This document shows, one piece after another, positions 51,775 to 62,000 of a stretch of 62,000 nt of DNA; the stretch's first letter is position 1, and each line of letters starts with the position of its first letter. A program made the position numbers and the translations under genes. The notes under the pieces were generated by a model, which searched no databases, was not told the origin of the DNA, and worked only from the letters and a program-made list of their open reading frames with translations. Source of the stretch: Hyalangium minutum (lineage in GTDB: Bacteria; Myxococcota; Myxococcia; Myxococcales; Myxococcaceae); contig NZ_JMCB01000013.1 of assembly GCF_000737315.1 (NCBI RefSeq), positions 20,001-82,000 on the forward strand, in the 5' to 3' direction.

Positions 51775-53871
51775 ATGCCGGACTTTCAGATCGTCAGTGA
51801 ACATCAGCCGCAGGGCGACCAGCCGAGGGCCATCGCCGAGCTGACCGAGGGCTTGCTGCGCGGGGACCAGTACCAGACGCTGCTGGGCGTCACGGGCTCG
51901 GGCAAGACATTCACCATGGCGAACGTGATCGCCAACGTGAAGCGGCCCACGCTCATCATCGCGCACAACAAGACCCTGGCCGCTCAGCTGTACGGCGAGT
52001 TCAAGGAAGTCTTCCCGAAGAACGCCGTCGAATACTTCGTCTCCTACTACGACTACTACCAGCCCGAGGCGTACGTCCCCTCGTCGGACACCTTCATCGA
52101 GAAGGACTCGTCCATCAACGACGAGATCGAGCGCATGCGGCACTCGGCCACGCACAGCCTGCGCATCCGCGATGACGTGATCATCGTGGCCAGCGTGTCC
52201 TGCATCTACGGCCTGGGCACGGCGCGCTCCTACGTGGACCTGGCCATCACCGTGAACCTGGGCGAGGACCTGGGCCGGGACGCGCTCATGCGCCGGCTGG
52301 TCGAGGCCCAGTACGAGCGCAACGACTTCGACTTCCATCGCGGTACCTTCCGCGCTCGCGGCGACACCGTGGAGATCTTCCCGGCCTACGAGGAGGAGCG
52401 CGCCGTCCGCGTGAGCTTCTTCGGCGACGAGGTGGAGAAGATCACCGAGTTCGATCCGCTGCGTGGCGTCACCCTGGGGGCACTGGAGAAGATTGTCGTC
52501 TTCCCCGCCAGCCACTACGTGACCGAGGCGGACACCCGCAAGCGAGCCTTGCAGACGATCCGTGACGAGCTGGCCGAGCGCCTCAGCCTCTTCCGCAAGG
52601 AGGGCAAGCTCCTGGAGGCACAGCGGCTCGAGCAGCGCACCATGTTCGATCTGGAGATGATCGAGCAGGTGGGGTTCTGCAATGGCATCGAGAACTACTC
52701 GCGCCACTTCTCGGGCCGGGCGCCCGGCGAGCCTCCTCCGTGCCTGATCGACTACTTCCCACGGAACATGCTCATCCTCATCGATGAGAGTCACCAGACC
52801 GTTCCTCAGATCGGCGCGATGTACCGCGGCGACCGCTCGCGCAAGGAGACGCTGGTGAATTTCGGCTTCCGGCTCCCCAGCGCCATGGACAACCGCCCGC
52901 TGAAGTTCGGCGAGTTCGAGGGCATGGTGCAGCAGGCCGTCTTCGTCTCGGCCACTCCCTCCGAGTACGAGCTGCAGAAGAGCCGAGGCGTGGTGGTGGA
53001 GCAGATCATCCGCCCCACGGGCCTGATGGATCCTCCCGTGGAGGTCCGCCCCGCATCCAACCAGGTGGACGATCTGCTGGAGCATGTCCGTGTGCGCGTG
53101 GCCCGTCAGGAGCGCGTGCTGGTGACGACGCTCACCAAGCGCATGGCGGAGGATCTCACCGAGTACTTCAGCGATGTGGGTGTGAAGGTGCGCTACCTGC
53201 ACTCGGACATCGACGCCATCGAGCGCACGGCCATTATCCGCGACCTGCGCAAGGGTGTCTTCGACGTGCTGGTGGGCATCAACCTGCTGCGCGAGGGCCT
53301 CGACATCCCCGAGGTCTCCCTGGTGGCCATTTTGGACGCGGACAAGGAGGGCTTCCTGCGCAGCCACGTCTCGCTCATCCAGACCATTGGCCGCGCGGCC
53401 CGTAACCTCAACGGCCAGGTCATCATGTACTCGGATCAGATGACCGACTCGATGAAGCTGGCCATCGAGGAGACCAACCGCCGCCGCGAGGTGCAGCGCA
53501 AGTACAACGAGGAGCACAACATCACCCCGCGCTCGGTCAAAAGCGCCATCCTCGATCTGTCCCAGCAGCTCTACGGCGCGGACCCCATGGCGCTGCCTCT
53601 GGCTGCCGACGGGGCGAACGATCTGCTCATCCCGAAGGAGATCAAGCGCCTCATCGAGGAGTACACCAAGGACATGCAGCGCGCGGCGGACGAGATGGAG
53701 TTCGAGAAGGCCGCCCAGTTCCGCGACCGCATCCTGCTGCTCAAGGACATGGACCTGGGCCTCAAGCCCCCCAGCCGCACGCTGCTCGCCGAGCCCCCCA
53801 AGCCCGCCGAGCCCCAGGGCCCTATGAAGGGCCGCCGAGGCGCCGCTGGCAAGAGGGGCAGGAGGCGCTAG
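51775..53871 (+). CDS. uvrB: Excinuclease ABC subunit B
   Basis: [52 protein letters not shown]-terminal UVR domain. Start ATG 51775. Confidence 0.98.
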   Translation: MPDFQIVSEHQPQGDQPRAIAELTEGLLRGDQYQTLLGVTGSGKTFTMANVIANVKRPTLIIAHNKTLAAQLYGEFKEVFPKNAVEYFVSYYDYYQPEAYVPSSDTFIEKDSSINDEIERMRHSATHSLRIRDDVIIVASVSCIYGLGTARSYVDLAITVNLGEDLGRDALMRRLVEAQYERNDFDFHRGTFRARGDTVEIFPAYEEERAVRVSFFGDEVEKITEFDPLRGVTLGALEKIVVFPASHYVTEADTRKRALQTIRDELAERLSLFRKEGKLLEAQRLEQRTMFDLEMIEQVGFCNGIENYSRHFSGRAPGEPPPCLIDYFPRNMLILIDESHQTVPQIGAMYRGDRSRKETLVNFGFRLPSAMDNRPLKFGEFEGMVQQAVFVSATPSEYELQKSRGVVVEQIIRPTGLMDPPVEVRPASNQVDDLLEHVRVRVARQERVLVTTLTKRMAEDLTEYFSDVGVKVRYLHSDIDAIERTAIIRDLRKGVFDVLVGINLLREGLDIPEVSLVAILDADKEGFLRSHVSLIQTIGRAARNLNGQVIMYSDQMTDSMKLAIEETNRRREVQRKYNEEHNITPRSVKSAILDLSQQLYGADPMALPLAADGANDLLIPKEIKRLIEEYTKDMQRAADEMEFEKAAQFRDRILLLKDMDLGLKPPSRTLLAEPPKPAEPQGPMKGRRGAAGKRGRRR

Positions 53872-53877
53872 CTCATC

Positions 53878-55818
53878 ATGAATGCCCGGCTCCAGGAGAA
53901 GCTCGACGCGCTGCCCACCGAGCCCGGCGTGTACCTGATGAAGGACCGCCGCGGCACCGTCATCTACGTCGGCAAGGCCATCAATCTGCGCAACCGGGTG
54001 CGCTCGTACTTCACCCGTACGGGCGACACGCGCGTCTTCGTGTCGATGCTCGACTCGATCCTCGGGGACATCGAGACGGTGCTCGTCCACAACGAGAAGG
54101 AGGCCCTCCTCCTCGAGAACGAGCTCATCAAGAAGCACAAGCCGCGCTTCAACGTCCTGCTCAAGGACGACAAGCAGTTCATCTCGCTGCGGCTCGACAA
54201 GACCCAGGACTTCCCCCGCCTGGAGGTCGTCCGGAAATACGATAGAGACGGCGCGCGGTACTTTGGACCCTATTCCAGCGCGGGAGCCATCCGCGAGACG
54301 CTGCGCCTCATCAACCGCTACTTCCGGCTGCGCACGTGCACGGATCACGTGATGGCCAACCGGAAGCGGCCCTGCCTGCTGTACCAGATCGGCCGCTGCC
54401 CGGCGCCCTGTGTCTACCCGGTGTCTCCCGAGGACTACGGGCGCAGCGTGAACGAGGTGGTGCTCTTCCTGGAGGGCAAGGCCACCGAGCTGGTGGAGGG
54501 CATCAAGGGACGCATGAAGGGGGCCGCCTCGGAGCTGAAGTTCGAGGAGGCCGCGCGCCTGCGCGATCAGCTCCGGGCCATCGAGCGCAGCCTGGAGCGC
54601 CAGAAGGCTGTCACCACCGACTTCAAGGATCAGGACGTGTTCGCCTTCTTCCGCGAGGGCGATCGCATCCTCTTCTACGTCCTGTGGGTGCGGCAGGGCC
54701 GGCTCAACGGTGGCCAGGCCTTCCCATTCGGCAGCCAGGAGTTCCCGGACGAGGAGCTGCTGCCCTCGTTCGTGAACCTCTACTACGACCAAGGCAGCTT
54801 CGTGCCGGAGGAGGTGCTGCTGCCGCTGGATCCGGAGAGCCTCGAGGGCTTGGAGTCCCTCCTCACCGAGCGCCGGGGCGAGAGGGTCCGCGTCATGGTG
54901 CCCAAGCGCGGCGAGAAGCACGACCTGGTGCTCATGGCCGCCAAGAACGCCGAGCAGGCCTTCACCGAGCGCAAGCGCACCAAGGAGGAGACCGACGCCG
55001 TCCTGTCGCGGCTCCAGCAGAAGCTCAACCTGCGCAACTTCCCGCGCCGGATGGAGTGCTTCGACATCTCTCACTTCCAGGGCTCCAGCATCGTCGCCTC
55101 GCAGGTGGCCGTCACCGATGGCGAGACGGACAAGTCCCGCTACCGCAAGTACAAGATCAAGACCCTGGAGAAGCAGGACGACTTCGCCAGCATGTACGAG
55201 GTGCTCTCCCGCCGCCTCAAGCGCGGCCTGGAGGAGAACGATCTGCCGGACCTGCTCGTCATTGACGGTGGCAAGGGCCAGTTGGCCAGTGTCCACGCGG
55301 CCATGAAGGACCTGGGAGTCGAGAAGGTGGACGTGGTAGGTCTTGCCAAGAGTCGCGACCAAGAAGTCTTTGATCGCGACGCTGAAAGCGCTCGCAGCCC
55401 GGAGCGCGTGTTCGTGCTGGGGCGGAAAGATCCGGTCGTCCTGCCCCAGAACTCGGCGGAAATCTTCATGCTGACCCGGATGCGGGACGAGGCCCACCGC
55501 TTCGCCATCACCTACCAGCAGAAGGACCTGAGGAAGAGCCGCGTCCGCTCGGCGCTGGAGGACATTCCGGGGGTGGGCGAGGTGCGCCGGAAGACACTGC
55601 TGCGCCACTTCGGATCACTGAAGCGTGTTCAGGAGGCCACCATCGAGGATCTGGCCGAAGTGGTTGGCCCCTCAGTGGCCGAGCGGGTCCATGCGGCCCT
55701 CCACGGCCACCCGGAGGAGGAGGACGTAGACCCCATCCGTGAGGCGTCTCTGGCCGACGCCGGAGCCACGCAAGACGAAAAATCCTCCGAAGGAGGGTCG
55801 CCAGCCGGTGGGGCGTGA
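53878..55818 (+). CDS. uvrC: Excinuclease ABC subunit C
   Basis: GIY-YIG (PGVYLMK...IYVGKA.NL), [13 protein letters not shown], Cys cluster, [22 protein letters not shown], HhH motif IPGVG. Confidence 0.98.
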   Translation: MNARLQEKLDALPTEPGVYLMKDRRGTVIYVGKAINLRNRVRSYFTRTGDTRVFVSMLDSILGDIETVLVHNEKEALLLENELIKKHKPRFNVLLKDDKQFISLRLDKTQDFPRLEVVRKYDRDGARYFGPYSSAGAIRETLRLINRYFRLRTCTDHVMANRKRPCLLYQIGRCPAPCVYPVSPEDYGRSVNEVVLFLEGKATELVEGIKGRMKGAASELKFEEAARLRDQLRAIERSLERQKAVTTDFKDQDVFAFFREGDRILFYVLWVRQGRLNGGQAFPFGSQEFPDEELLPSFVNLYYDQGSFVPEEVLLPLDPESLEGLESLLTERRGERVRVMVPKRGEKHDLVLMAAKNAEQAFTERKRTKEETDAVLSRLQQKLNLRNFPRRMECFDISHFQGSSIVASQVAVTDGETDKSRYRKYKIKTLEKQDDFASMYEVLSRRLKRGLEENDLPDLLVIDGGKGQLASVHAAMKDLGVEKVDVVGLAKSRDQEVFDRDAESARSPERVFVLGRKDPVVLPQNSAEIFMLTRMRDEAHRFAITYQQKDLRKSRVRSALEDIPGVGEVRRKTLLRHFGSLKRVQEATIEDLAEVVGPSVAERVHAALHGHPEEEDVDPIREASLADAGATQDEKSSEGGSPAGGA

Positions 55819-55822
55819 TTAA

Positions 55823-55850
55823 TTTTCTCCTCGGGAATTTCGAGGGAAAA
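55823..55850 (+). terminator. Hairpin after uvrC (possible terminator)
   Basis: TTTTC-T-CCTCG / CGAGG-GAAAA stem immediately after the uvrC stop; no clean U-tract follows. Confidence 0.4.
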
Positions 55851-55958
55851 AGTACTCCGGAACCGTGTGGTTCCAAGGGTTTTTCATTGCGGCTGGGCGC
55901 GGCGCTGTTTTATAGCGATCGCGTTCTAGGCACGCAGAAGAGGGTGAGGGAGCGACAC

Positions 55959-56477
55959 ATGAGGCTCTATCCGAAGGTGATCCCGATCATCTCGCGCGAG
56001 TGCATCCAGTTGCTGATGCAGGACGGGGATGTCGAGGTGGAGCCGATGCGGGTGGCGGACGCGGAGATGGACCTGTCGGCCATCATGCGCGAGTACTTGG
56101 CCAACGAGGAGCGCGTGAACCAGGCCACCCGCGAGGCCCTGGAGCGGCGCGGCTACGACTACTCCAAGTTCAATCAGGTCAAGCGTGAGATGGCCGACGT
56201 TCGCGGCTTCAAGATGGGCGACGAAGGCATCGAGTACGTCATCAACCAGATGATCGAGTTCCTGCTGATCAGCCGGAACGTCGAGGAAGTGTTCGCCGCC
56301 GATAACAACCTGCGTCAGAAGATCTTCCAGGTGATGAAGAAGCACCTGGACGTGGACGACGAGATCGACAAGGAGGCGCGCTCCCGCCTGAAGCACCTGC
56401 AGGAGGGCACCAGCGCCTTCGACATCGAGTACAACAAGACGGTGGAGCAGATCCGCCGGGCGCGCGGGCTGATCTAG
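55959..56477 (+). CDS. DUF507 family protein
   Basis: MRLYPKVIP...EIDKEARSRLKHLQEGT..FDIEY pattern; GAGGGAG upstream. Confidence 0.8.
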   Translation: MRLYPKVIPIISRECIQLLMQDGDVEVEPMRVADAEMDLSAIMREYLANEERVNQATREALERRGYDYSKFNQVKREMADVRGFKMGDEGIEYVINQMIEFLLISRNVEEVFAADNNLRQKIFQVMKKHLDVDDEIDKEARSRLKHLQEGTSAFDIEYNKTVEQIRRARGLI

Positions 56478-56531
56478 CGGGGCGTGCCAACCCCCGTACC
56501 GCTGCCTACCTTGTGTGGAAGGGAGGCAGCG

Positions 56532-58145
56532 ATGGTGGGAACTCTCTTTCAAGTGACGATGGTTGGACTCCTGGCGGCGGCGCCGTCAGGAGGCTTCACG
56601 TTCGAGGGCATCCAAGCGAGCGCTCGGACGACGTCCCCCGTAGGCTATTTCGCCCAGGGGACCACGCCTTACCCCAACATCTACGAGCGAGGCACCGGCT
56701 CGGCGACGCTGACGGCGGAGGACCGCGTCCCCGCCTGGGGCGCCACGTACGGCGACAAGGGCCGCGTGGAGGCCGAGTTCCGGCTCGGGCAGGCGCAGTA
56801 CCGTGTGGAGCTCACCCAGCCCGGCTTTCCGCCCCAGCAGGCTTCAGGCGGCTCGCCTGCTCCGCGGCCGAGCTTCCCGGTGGCGGGTGGGGTGCTCCTG
56901 GATCATGACCTGAATGGCGCGAGCGGGCTCGGGTGGATGGCCACGACGCAGGTGCACGCTGCCGTGGTGGTGTGGGGCGTGGGCAGCGTTTGGCGCAACG
57001 GGCAGCTGATCACGGACACCGCGCTGATTCAGGCCGCGGCGCTCTCGCATGGCTCGCACGCGGATGACGAGACGCACCGCATCCTCGCGGCGGCGCGGGC
57101 GGGGGACACCGAGCTGGATGTGCTCGTGTGGAACCTGCCGCAGAGCGCCGAGCCGCGCGGCTTCCTTCAGTTCTCCTTCGATGATGTGGAGATCGAGCTG
57201 AATGATCGGCCCGTGAACTCCGTGGCCGTGGTGCCGAACGTCCAGGGCGTAGAGTCGGGCGGGGTGGTGCCGGTGACTGGCGGGTTCGGAGGGAATGGGA
57301 TCTTCGTGGCTCCTACGCCGGCTCCGGCACCGGGGCAGGGCGTAGGTGGCTCGGGCTTTGACGTCACGGCACCGCCCCAGACGGGAACGCCGGGTGGCCC
57401 GGTGACGCCGGTGAGCCCTGGGACGCTGGGCGGGCCCGCTTCCGCGAACCTTGGCGCGACGCCAGGGGTGAGCGTGGGCACGGAGGCCACGCAGCAGGGC
57501 ACTGCGGCAACGGGCTCTCCGGGAGTCCCTTCTCAGCCCGTCACCGGTCCTGTGACGAGTGTGACCACCGTGGGACCCGGCGCCGTGACGCCGGACACCA
57601 TCAGCGGCACCTTCCCGACGCTGGGTGCGCCGACGCCCCCCGCGAACATCTCGGGCTCCATGCCGGGCACGCCCGCGCCGGGCTCGTTGCTCGCCACGGA
57701 GCAGACGGTGGTGCCAGGCACGCCCGCGCCGGGAGCTCCTGCGGAGGCGGGGGTGGCCATCAACTCGACGACGCCCACGCTGTCCAACTCGGGGAACTTC
57801 ACCGTGCCCATCTCTCCGCCGAACTTCAACAGCTTCGCGGGGACGGGGCAGGTGAGCCCGGGCATCATCGCCACGGCGCCGCCGATCGGGACGGATCCAA
57901 CGATCCCCACGCCGCCGTTGCTCGGCTCGCCCGCGCCACTCACCGCTGCGTCGGGGACGCCGCTGCTCGGTACGCCCGCGCCGCTGACGGCCGCGCCTCC
58001 GCCCGCGCTGATCACGACGCCCGCGCCCGTGAATGCGACGCCGGGGAGTACCACCGCGGCACCTGTTGCGCCGATTCCTGGGATTCCCGCGACGAGCGCT
58101 CCGGTCACGTCTCCGGGGAGCACGGGAGTTCCGCCCTCCATCTGA
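56532..58145 (+). CDS. Secreted hypothetical protein: folded N-terminal domain (about 230 aa) plus a long Pro/Thr/Gly/Ala-rich tail
   Basis: SD GGGAGG; signal peptide; low-complexity C-terminal half with PGTPAPG and LLG(S/T)PAPLTAA repeats. Confidence 0.8.
   Translation: MVGTLFQVTMVGLLAAAPSGGFTFEGIQASARTTSPVGYFAQGTTPYPNIYERGTGSATLTAEDRVPAWGATYGDKGRVEAEFRLGQAQYRVELTQPGFPPQQASGGSPAPRPSFPVAGGVLLDHDLNGASGLGWMATTQVHAAVVVWGVGSVWRNGQLITDTALIQAAALSHGSHADDETHRILAAARAGDTELDVLVWNLPQSAEPRGFLQFSFDDVEIELNDRPVNSVAVVPNVQGVESGGVVPVTGGFGGNGIFVAPTPAPAPGQGVGGSGFDVTAPPQTGTPGGPVTPVSPGTLGGPASANLGATPGVSVGTEATQQGTAATGSPGVPSQPVTGPVTSVTTVGPGAVTPDTISGTFPTLGAPTPPANISGSMPGTPAPGSLLATEQTVVPGTPAPGAPAEAGVAINSTTPTLSNSGNFTVPISPPNFNSFAGTGQVSPGIIATAPPIGTDPTIPTPPLLGSPAPLTAASGTPLLGTPAPLTAAPPPALITTPAPVNATPGSTTAAPVAPIPGIPATSAPVTSPGSTGVPPSI
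57660..58030 (+). repeat. Imperfect intragenic repeats (PGTPAPG x2; LLG.PAPLTAA x2 plus a degenerate third copy)
   Basis: GGCACGCCCGCGCCGGG occurs twice (about 57666 and 57717); CTCGG.(T/A)CGCCCGCGCC.CT.AC occurs twice (about 57920 and 57966). Confidence 0.6.
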
Positions 58146-58196
58146 GCAGGGCGGAGCGAGCGGAAAAGAGTGGTGGTACGCGCCTTTGCAGAGCGG

Positions 58197-58223
58197 GCCG
58201 CTCAGGTCTTCGTCCTGAGCGGC
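58197..58223. repeat. Perfect 10-bp hairpin between two plus-strand genes
   Basis: GCCGCTCAGG-TCTTCGT-CCTGAGCGGC. It is followed by an A-run rather than a U-run, so it is not a textbook terminator. Confidence 0.55.
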
Positions 58224-58266
58224 TCGAAAAATTGACCGTTCGCTACGTGCCTGTAGCGTTCTGGCC

Positions 58267-58644
58267 ATGTCGACGTCCGTTGCCGCCTTTGCCGTCCCCG
58301 CGACTTCTCGCCACGCCAGCGACGATCCGCTGAGCGAGGCGATGGAGAACCTGGCTCGCGCACTGCCCGAGCGTACGGACGCGGCCGTGCTCGTGGACCT
58401 CCTCGGGGATGATCTCCGGGAGGGGCTCGATGCGCTCGGAGATGTGGAGTGCCACTTCGCCGACGTGCTCGATGCCATGCGCCTTCCGAGACCGGCTCCC
58501 ATGACGCTGGTGGACGTGAGCGATGATCAGCTCGTGCTCGAGCGGCTCGAGGTCATCGTGGGCGTGGTGTCGTCGGTGCGGCGGCGTCTCTCGCAGGCGG
58601 CGGGGATGATGCGCCAGCTGCCGCTCCCGCTGGGCGACAGCTAG
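58267..58644 (+). CDS. Hypothetical helical protein (125 aa)
   Basis: Good codon usage; occupies the gap between flanking genes. Confidence 0.75.
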   Translation: MSTSVAAFAVPATSRHASDDPLSEAMENLARALPERTDAAVLVDLLGDDLREGLDALGDVECHFADVLDAMRLPRPAPMTLVDVSDDQLVLERLEVIVGVVSSVRRRLSQAAGMMRQLPLPLGDS

Positions 58645-58674
58645 CACGAGGGCCGCCGCGTTCGCGGCCCCCGT
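58645..58674. terminator. Hairpin between convergent genes
   Basis: CACG-A-GGGCCGC / GCGGCCC-C-CGTG stem between the stops at 58644 and 58686. Confidence 0.5.
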
Positions 58675-58685
58675 GGCTCCGTGGC

Positions 58686-60005
58686 TCAGAGCGAGCCCAG
58701 GAACTTCACCAGTGCCTCGCGATCCGGGGCCGACATCGCGCGGAAGCGCTCCCGCGAGCGCTCGGCCTCGCCTCCGTGCCAGAGGATGGCCTCCTCCAGC
58801 GTGCGTGCGCGGCCATCGTGCAGGTAGCCCGCGTAGGGCAGCACCGTCTGCGTCAGCCCAACCCCCCAGAGCGGCGCGGTCCGCCACTCGTTGCCGTCCG
58901 CCACGCCATCCGGCCGTCCATCCGCGAGCCCTGGCCCCATATCGTGCAGCAACAGGTCCGTGTACGGGTGGATGCGCTCGTGGGCCAGCTCCGGCAGCGG
59001 GTGGTCCCCCGTCTCGAGCGTCTCGCGGTGGCAGCTCTCGCACCCGGCGGAGCGGAAGAGCTTCTCGCCCTCCTGCACGTCCGCGTTGTCGAGGGCGGTG
59101 CGCGCCGGCACGCCGAGCGACTGCGCGTAGAAGGCCGCGGCCTCCAGCGTCGTCCTCGACAGGTCGTGGGTGCCGTCGGGCTCTGGGAAGAGCGGGTTGG
59201 TGACGCCCATGTCGTTGACATAGGCCTCGGCCGATTGCTGGAGCAGATTGGGGCTGTTCGCCTTCAGCCCGAAGCGTCCCGGGGCCAGCGCCTGCGCTTG
59301 GACATCCCAGACCTCGTTGAGGCGGCCGGAGATGCCGTCACCGTTCTTGTCGTTCGGATCCTCCATGGCGCGCAGGGTGGAGGTGGGCACGGCCTCGAGC
59401 AACCCCAGCCCAAAGACGGGAGGCGGCAGCCGCAGCGAGGTGAGCAGGTCCGGAGGCAGCGAGGAGCCGTCGCTCGGGGTGATCTGGATGCGCGGAGACC
59501 GCAGGCTGAAGGCCGCCCCATCTCCGTAGGTGCCAGAGCTCTCCTCCCAGGACAGCGCGACCGAGGCCTCGGGCGTGTAGCCGTAGACGGCCTGGTCGGC
59601 GATCTGGATGCCCAAGCCCGGCACGGGGACGGCGCCGTTCGGGTGGTTCAGCGTGCCGCTGGGGAGGCTGACGCGGACCAGGAGCTGGGTGCGCTGCGGC
59701 CCGGTGCCCATCACCGGCATGCCGCGCCCATTGCGCAGGTGGCAGCCGTTGCACGAGGTGTTGTTGTAGAGCGGCCCCAGCCCCGGGTTCACGGGCGCCA
59801 TACCCGGGACGAACACCGCCGCGAACGCACTGTCCCCCACCCGGTGCAGCGTGAGCTGCTCGGGCGTGAGGTTGGGGGCAGGCTGGGCAAATGCCAGCGA
59901 GGTCCGATCATCAATGGTGGTGGCGCCTCCCGCGCGAGGCGGCTCGGAGTCTCCGCAGCCCGAGAGCAGCGCCACCACGGCGCCCAGTGTCATGGCCTGT
60001 CGCAT
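58686..60005 (-). CDS. Di-heme oxidoreductase (DHOR/DUF1111) family lipoprotein
   Basis: Lipobox LSG-C; two CxxCH motifs (CNGCH, CESCH); GLGPLYN, PPVFGLGLLEAV, GRFGLK, YTDLLLHDMG, WRTAPLWG, YLHDGRARTLEEAILWHGGEA. Confidence 0.95.
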   Translation of the reverse strand: MRQAMTLGAVVALLSGCGDSEPPRAGGATTIDDRTSLAFAQPAPNLTPEQLTLHRVGDSAFAAVFVPGMAPVNPGLGPLYNNTSCNGCHLRNGRGMPVMGTGPQRTQLLVRVSLPSGTLNHPNGAVPVPGLGIQIADQAVYGYTPEASVALSWEESSGTYGDGAAFSLRSPRIQITPSDGSSLPPDLLTSLRLPPPVFGLGLLEAVPTSTLRAMEDPNDKNGDGISGRLNEVWDVQAQALAPGRFGLKANSPNLLQQSAEAYVNDMGVTNPLFPEPDGTHDLSRTTLEAAAFYAQSLGVPARTALDNADVQEGEKLFRSAGCESCHRETLETGDHPLPELAHERIHPYTDLLLHDMGPGLADGRPDGVADGNEWRTAPLWGVGLTQTVLPYAGYLHDGRARTLEEAILWHGGEAERSRERFRAMSAPDREALVKFLGSL

Positions 60006-60024
60006 CGCAATCCCCCCAGAATGC

Positions 60025-61107
60025 TCAGCGCGACGTGAAGGGCTTCACGTCGGTCTCGATGGAGTTCTGGAGCTTGCGGATGGCGACCTGCGCGGCCTCG
60101 ATCTCGTCCGCCGCGTTCGGATTCTTGATGGACTCGCGGAACGGCTCGGGGATCTTCGCGAGCGCCTCAATGGCGGCGGTGATCTCCTGGCGGATGCGGG
60201 CGTCGACCTCGGGCTTCTCGGACTTCACCAGCGCCGACAGCGTGTGCTCGCTCGGGGTCGCGCCCGGCAGGCGGCCCAGGTAGACGTTCTCCACACTGCG
60301 GATGTTGTTGGAGAAGTCAGACAGCGAGTTGTAGGCGAACTGGCTCTCCACCAGCTCCGGATCCTTCGCGTCGTACGGGTCGGCGATCTTCCCGTTCGCC
60401 ACCTCGTCCAGGATGTTGATCATGCCGCCGACCATCTCCTGGGCCGCGGTCTCCACGGAGGGATAGGCGGTGTTGCCCGCCGTGCCCGCTCCGGCCAGCA
60501 CGTCCCGGTACGGCAGGCGGCCGTCCACGGACTGGGTCCACGCGTTCGACAGCGCGGCGCCGATGTTCTTCAGCTCGGCGGAGATGGCCTTCAGGTAGTC
60601 GAACTGGCGCTGGTTGAAGTCCGACACCTTCTTGGTGCGGCCCTCGTCGAAGAGGAGGTACTCCATCGTGTGGAAGCCCTTCTGCGTCTCCTGGAGGGTG
60701 CTCACGTAGCCCGGGGTGAAGTCGTCATTGCTGGCCAGGACCGCGTCCAGGTCCGAGCGGTTCACCGGCCAGCTGTCCAGCGCCGGGTCGTAGCCGTACG
60801 AGTCCACGGGTCCGAACAGGAAGCCCTCGCTCTGCTCCCAGGGCGTGCGCGCGGCGAACCAGGCCTCCTGGGCCGCGGTGAGCTTCGCCTGAGTGGGATC
60901 GGCGATGAGTGCATTCACCGCCACATCCAGCGCGTTCAGCCGCGTGGACAGCTGCTGGTAGGTGGGTACCACCACGTCATCCGCGAGGTGGTTGATGATC
61001 TGCGGATCGAACGCGTGCTGGGACTGCTCTCCGTCATCGGCGCAGGCGGACAGCGCCAGCGCGCCGGCGAGGGTGAGGACACGGAAGGGGAGACGGGTGA
61101 GCTTCAT
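60025..61107 (-). CDS. Imelysin family (IrpA/LruB/IcmP-like) lipoprotein
   Basis: Lipobox LSA-C; AW..AR.PWEQSEGFLFGP, LDSWP, GxHxxE motif GFHTMEYLLF, EVANGKI.DP, ESQFAYNS. Confidence 0.92.
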   Translation of the reverse strand: MKLTRLPFRVLTLAGALALSACADDGEQSQHAFDPQIINHLADDVVVPTYQQLSTRLNALDVAVNALIADPTQAKLTAAQEAWFAARTPWEQSEGFLFGPVDSYGYDPALDSWPVNRSDLDAVLASNDDFTPGYVSTLQETQKGFHTMEYLLFDEGRTKKVSDFNQRQFDYLKAISAELKNIGAALSNAWTQSVDGRLPYRDVLAGAGTAGNTAYPSVETAAQEMVGGMINILDEVANGKIADPYDAKDPELVESQFAYNSLSDFSNNIRSVENVYLGRLPGATPSEHTLSALVKSEKPEVDARIRQEITAAIEALAKIPEPFRESIKNPNAADEIEAAQVAIRKLQNSIETDVKPFTSR

Positions 61108-61134
61108 GTGAGGAACCTCCTGGGAGCGGTGAAG

Positions 61135-62000
61135 TCAGTAAGAGAAGCCGGTGGAGACACGGACTGTGTTCTCCGGACGGAAGCGTGAGGAGTCGCCGAG
61201 GCGGCGGTGGCTGAAGTCGAGCTTCCCGAAGCCCATTCCCGCCAGGGTGTACGCCGCGCCGACCGTGTAGATGGAGCGTTCAAAGCGCGCGTTGTCGAAG
61301 AGCTCCGTGCGCGGTTTCACAATCGAGTCCGCGTAGTCGAAGCGGACGTAGGGCTCGAGCCGGTGGGCCTCGCTCAGTCCCAGGCGCGGGGCGATGTCGA
61401 AGCCCAGCTCGGCCCAGACGGCCAGTGCGTGGTCGGCCACGGGCGTGCGCGGCACGTTGAGAAAGTTGGACAGACGCGCGTTGCGCGCGGAGATGGCCCC
61501 CGCGTTCTGCAAGTAGCCCCACATCGCCAGCGCCTTGGCGCGCCACGGGCCCTGCTCCAGCGACAGGTGCGCGTCCAGCAGCAGCAGCGGCGCGGACACA
61601 TAGCCGCAGGGCGCCACGTCACGCGGGTTGCCGTCCTCGCACAGCTTCAGGAGGTCCGGCTTGGGACGGTTGCGCGTCGAGTCCCCGTAGTACCCCGAAG
61701 CCCCGAAGACGAGCCCGTCGAAGCGGGTGACGTCCGCACGCAGCACGGCGGCGAGGTCCGTCGCGCGGACCATCTCGAAGCGGCGCTGGTGCCCCTCGGC
61801 CACCCAGCGCTGCGAGCTGAAGGCGGTGGAGTCCAGCCCGTTCACCACCTGCGCCGTGAGCTGCATGCCGCCCACCTTCGCGACGGCCTGCAGCCCCATC
61901 TCGTCCCACGTGTTGGGGATGATCAGCGTCTCGGCCTCCGAGCGGATCGTCCCCAGGTACTGGGTCGGGCGGTAGAACGCGCTCAGCGTCCCCACCGCCA
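61135..62000 (-). CDS. Outer-membrane beta-barrel/porin, 5' end truncated by the window
   Basis: Frame open to the window edge; amphipathic beta strands; C-terminal ...VRVSTGFSY (aromatic-ending BAM-type signal); GGAG SD leading into the imelysin gene. Confidence 0.8.
   Translation of the reverse strand, partial: AVGTLSAFYRPTQYLGTIRSEAETLIIPNTWDEMGLQAVAKVGGMQLTAQVVNGLDSTAFSSQRWVAEGHQRRFEMVRATDLAAVLRADVTRFDGLVFGASGYYGDSTRNRPKPDLLKLCEDGNPRDVAPCGYVSAPLLLLDAHLSLEQGPWRAKALAMWGYLQNAGAISARNARLSNFLNVPRTPVADHALAVWAELGFDIAPRLGLSEAHRLEPYVRFDYADSIVKPRTELFDNARFERSIYTVGAAYTLAGMGFGKLDFSHRRLGDSSRFRPENTVRVSTGFSY

Noticed and set aside
51760-55608. 1282-aa minus-strand ORF, and similar long opposite-strand ORFs at 6037-8460, 9953-11962, 14427-17423, 19531-22671 and 47230-50160
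   Set aside because: They lie antisense to genes with unmistakable motifs, show no domain signatures, and are the expected shadow ORFs of high-GC3 coding DNA.
58174-58190. TGGTACG...TTTGCA sigma54-like element
   Set aside because: The GG-to-GC spacing is 11 nt rather than the obligatory 10.

Overview
High-GC (~69% by eye) myxobacterial chromosome segment (Myxococcales, Archangiaceae/Myxococcaceae-like; CdnL closely matches the Myxococcus xanthus protein as I recall it). About 41 protein-coding genes, two cut by the window edges. I found no rRNA, tRNA, CRISPR array, IS element, integrase or prophage. Housekeeping and DNA-metabolism core: uvrA, uvrB-uvrC, addB-addA, purA, cysS, cdnL, comEC. 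Accessory genes: two orphan histidine kinases, a tandem pair of POT peptide transporters, a 6x choice-of-anchor-D/vWA lipoprotein, two FHA proteins, a Ser/Thr kinase-AAA-TPR protein, an M28 peptidase and a porin-imelysin-di-heme iron-uptake-type operon. Best leads: (1) a metallophosphoesterase that aligns motif by motif with the eukaryotic RNA lariat debranching enzyme Dbr1, in a lineage known to make 2'-5'-branched msDNA; (2) a POT transporter with a ~145-aa insertion at the TM9-TM10 position where animal PepT1/2 carry their extracellular domain; (3) a 761-aa signal-peptide-less protein with a pore-former/translocator-like layout; (4) an AddAB whose AddA nuclease looks dead but keeps four Fe-S-type cysteines; (5) a 45-aa Trp-rich small ORF missing from the ORF track, with an RBS-occluding leader, beside a hydrolase gene relic. 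All family assignments come from motif recognition, not database searches.
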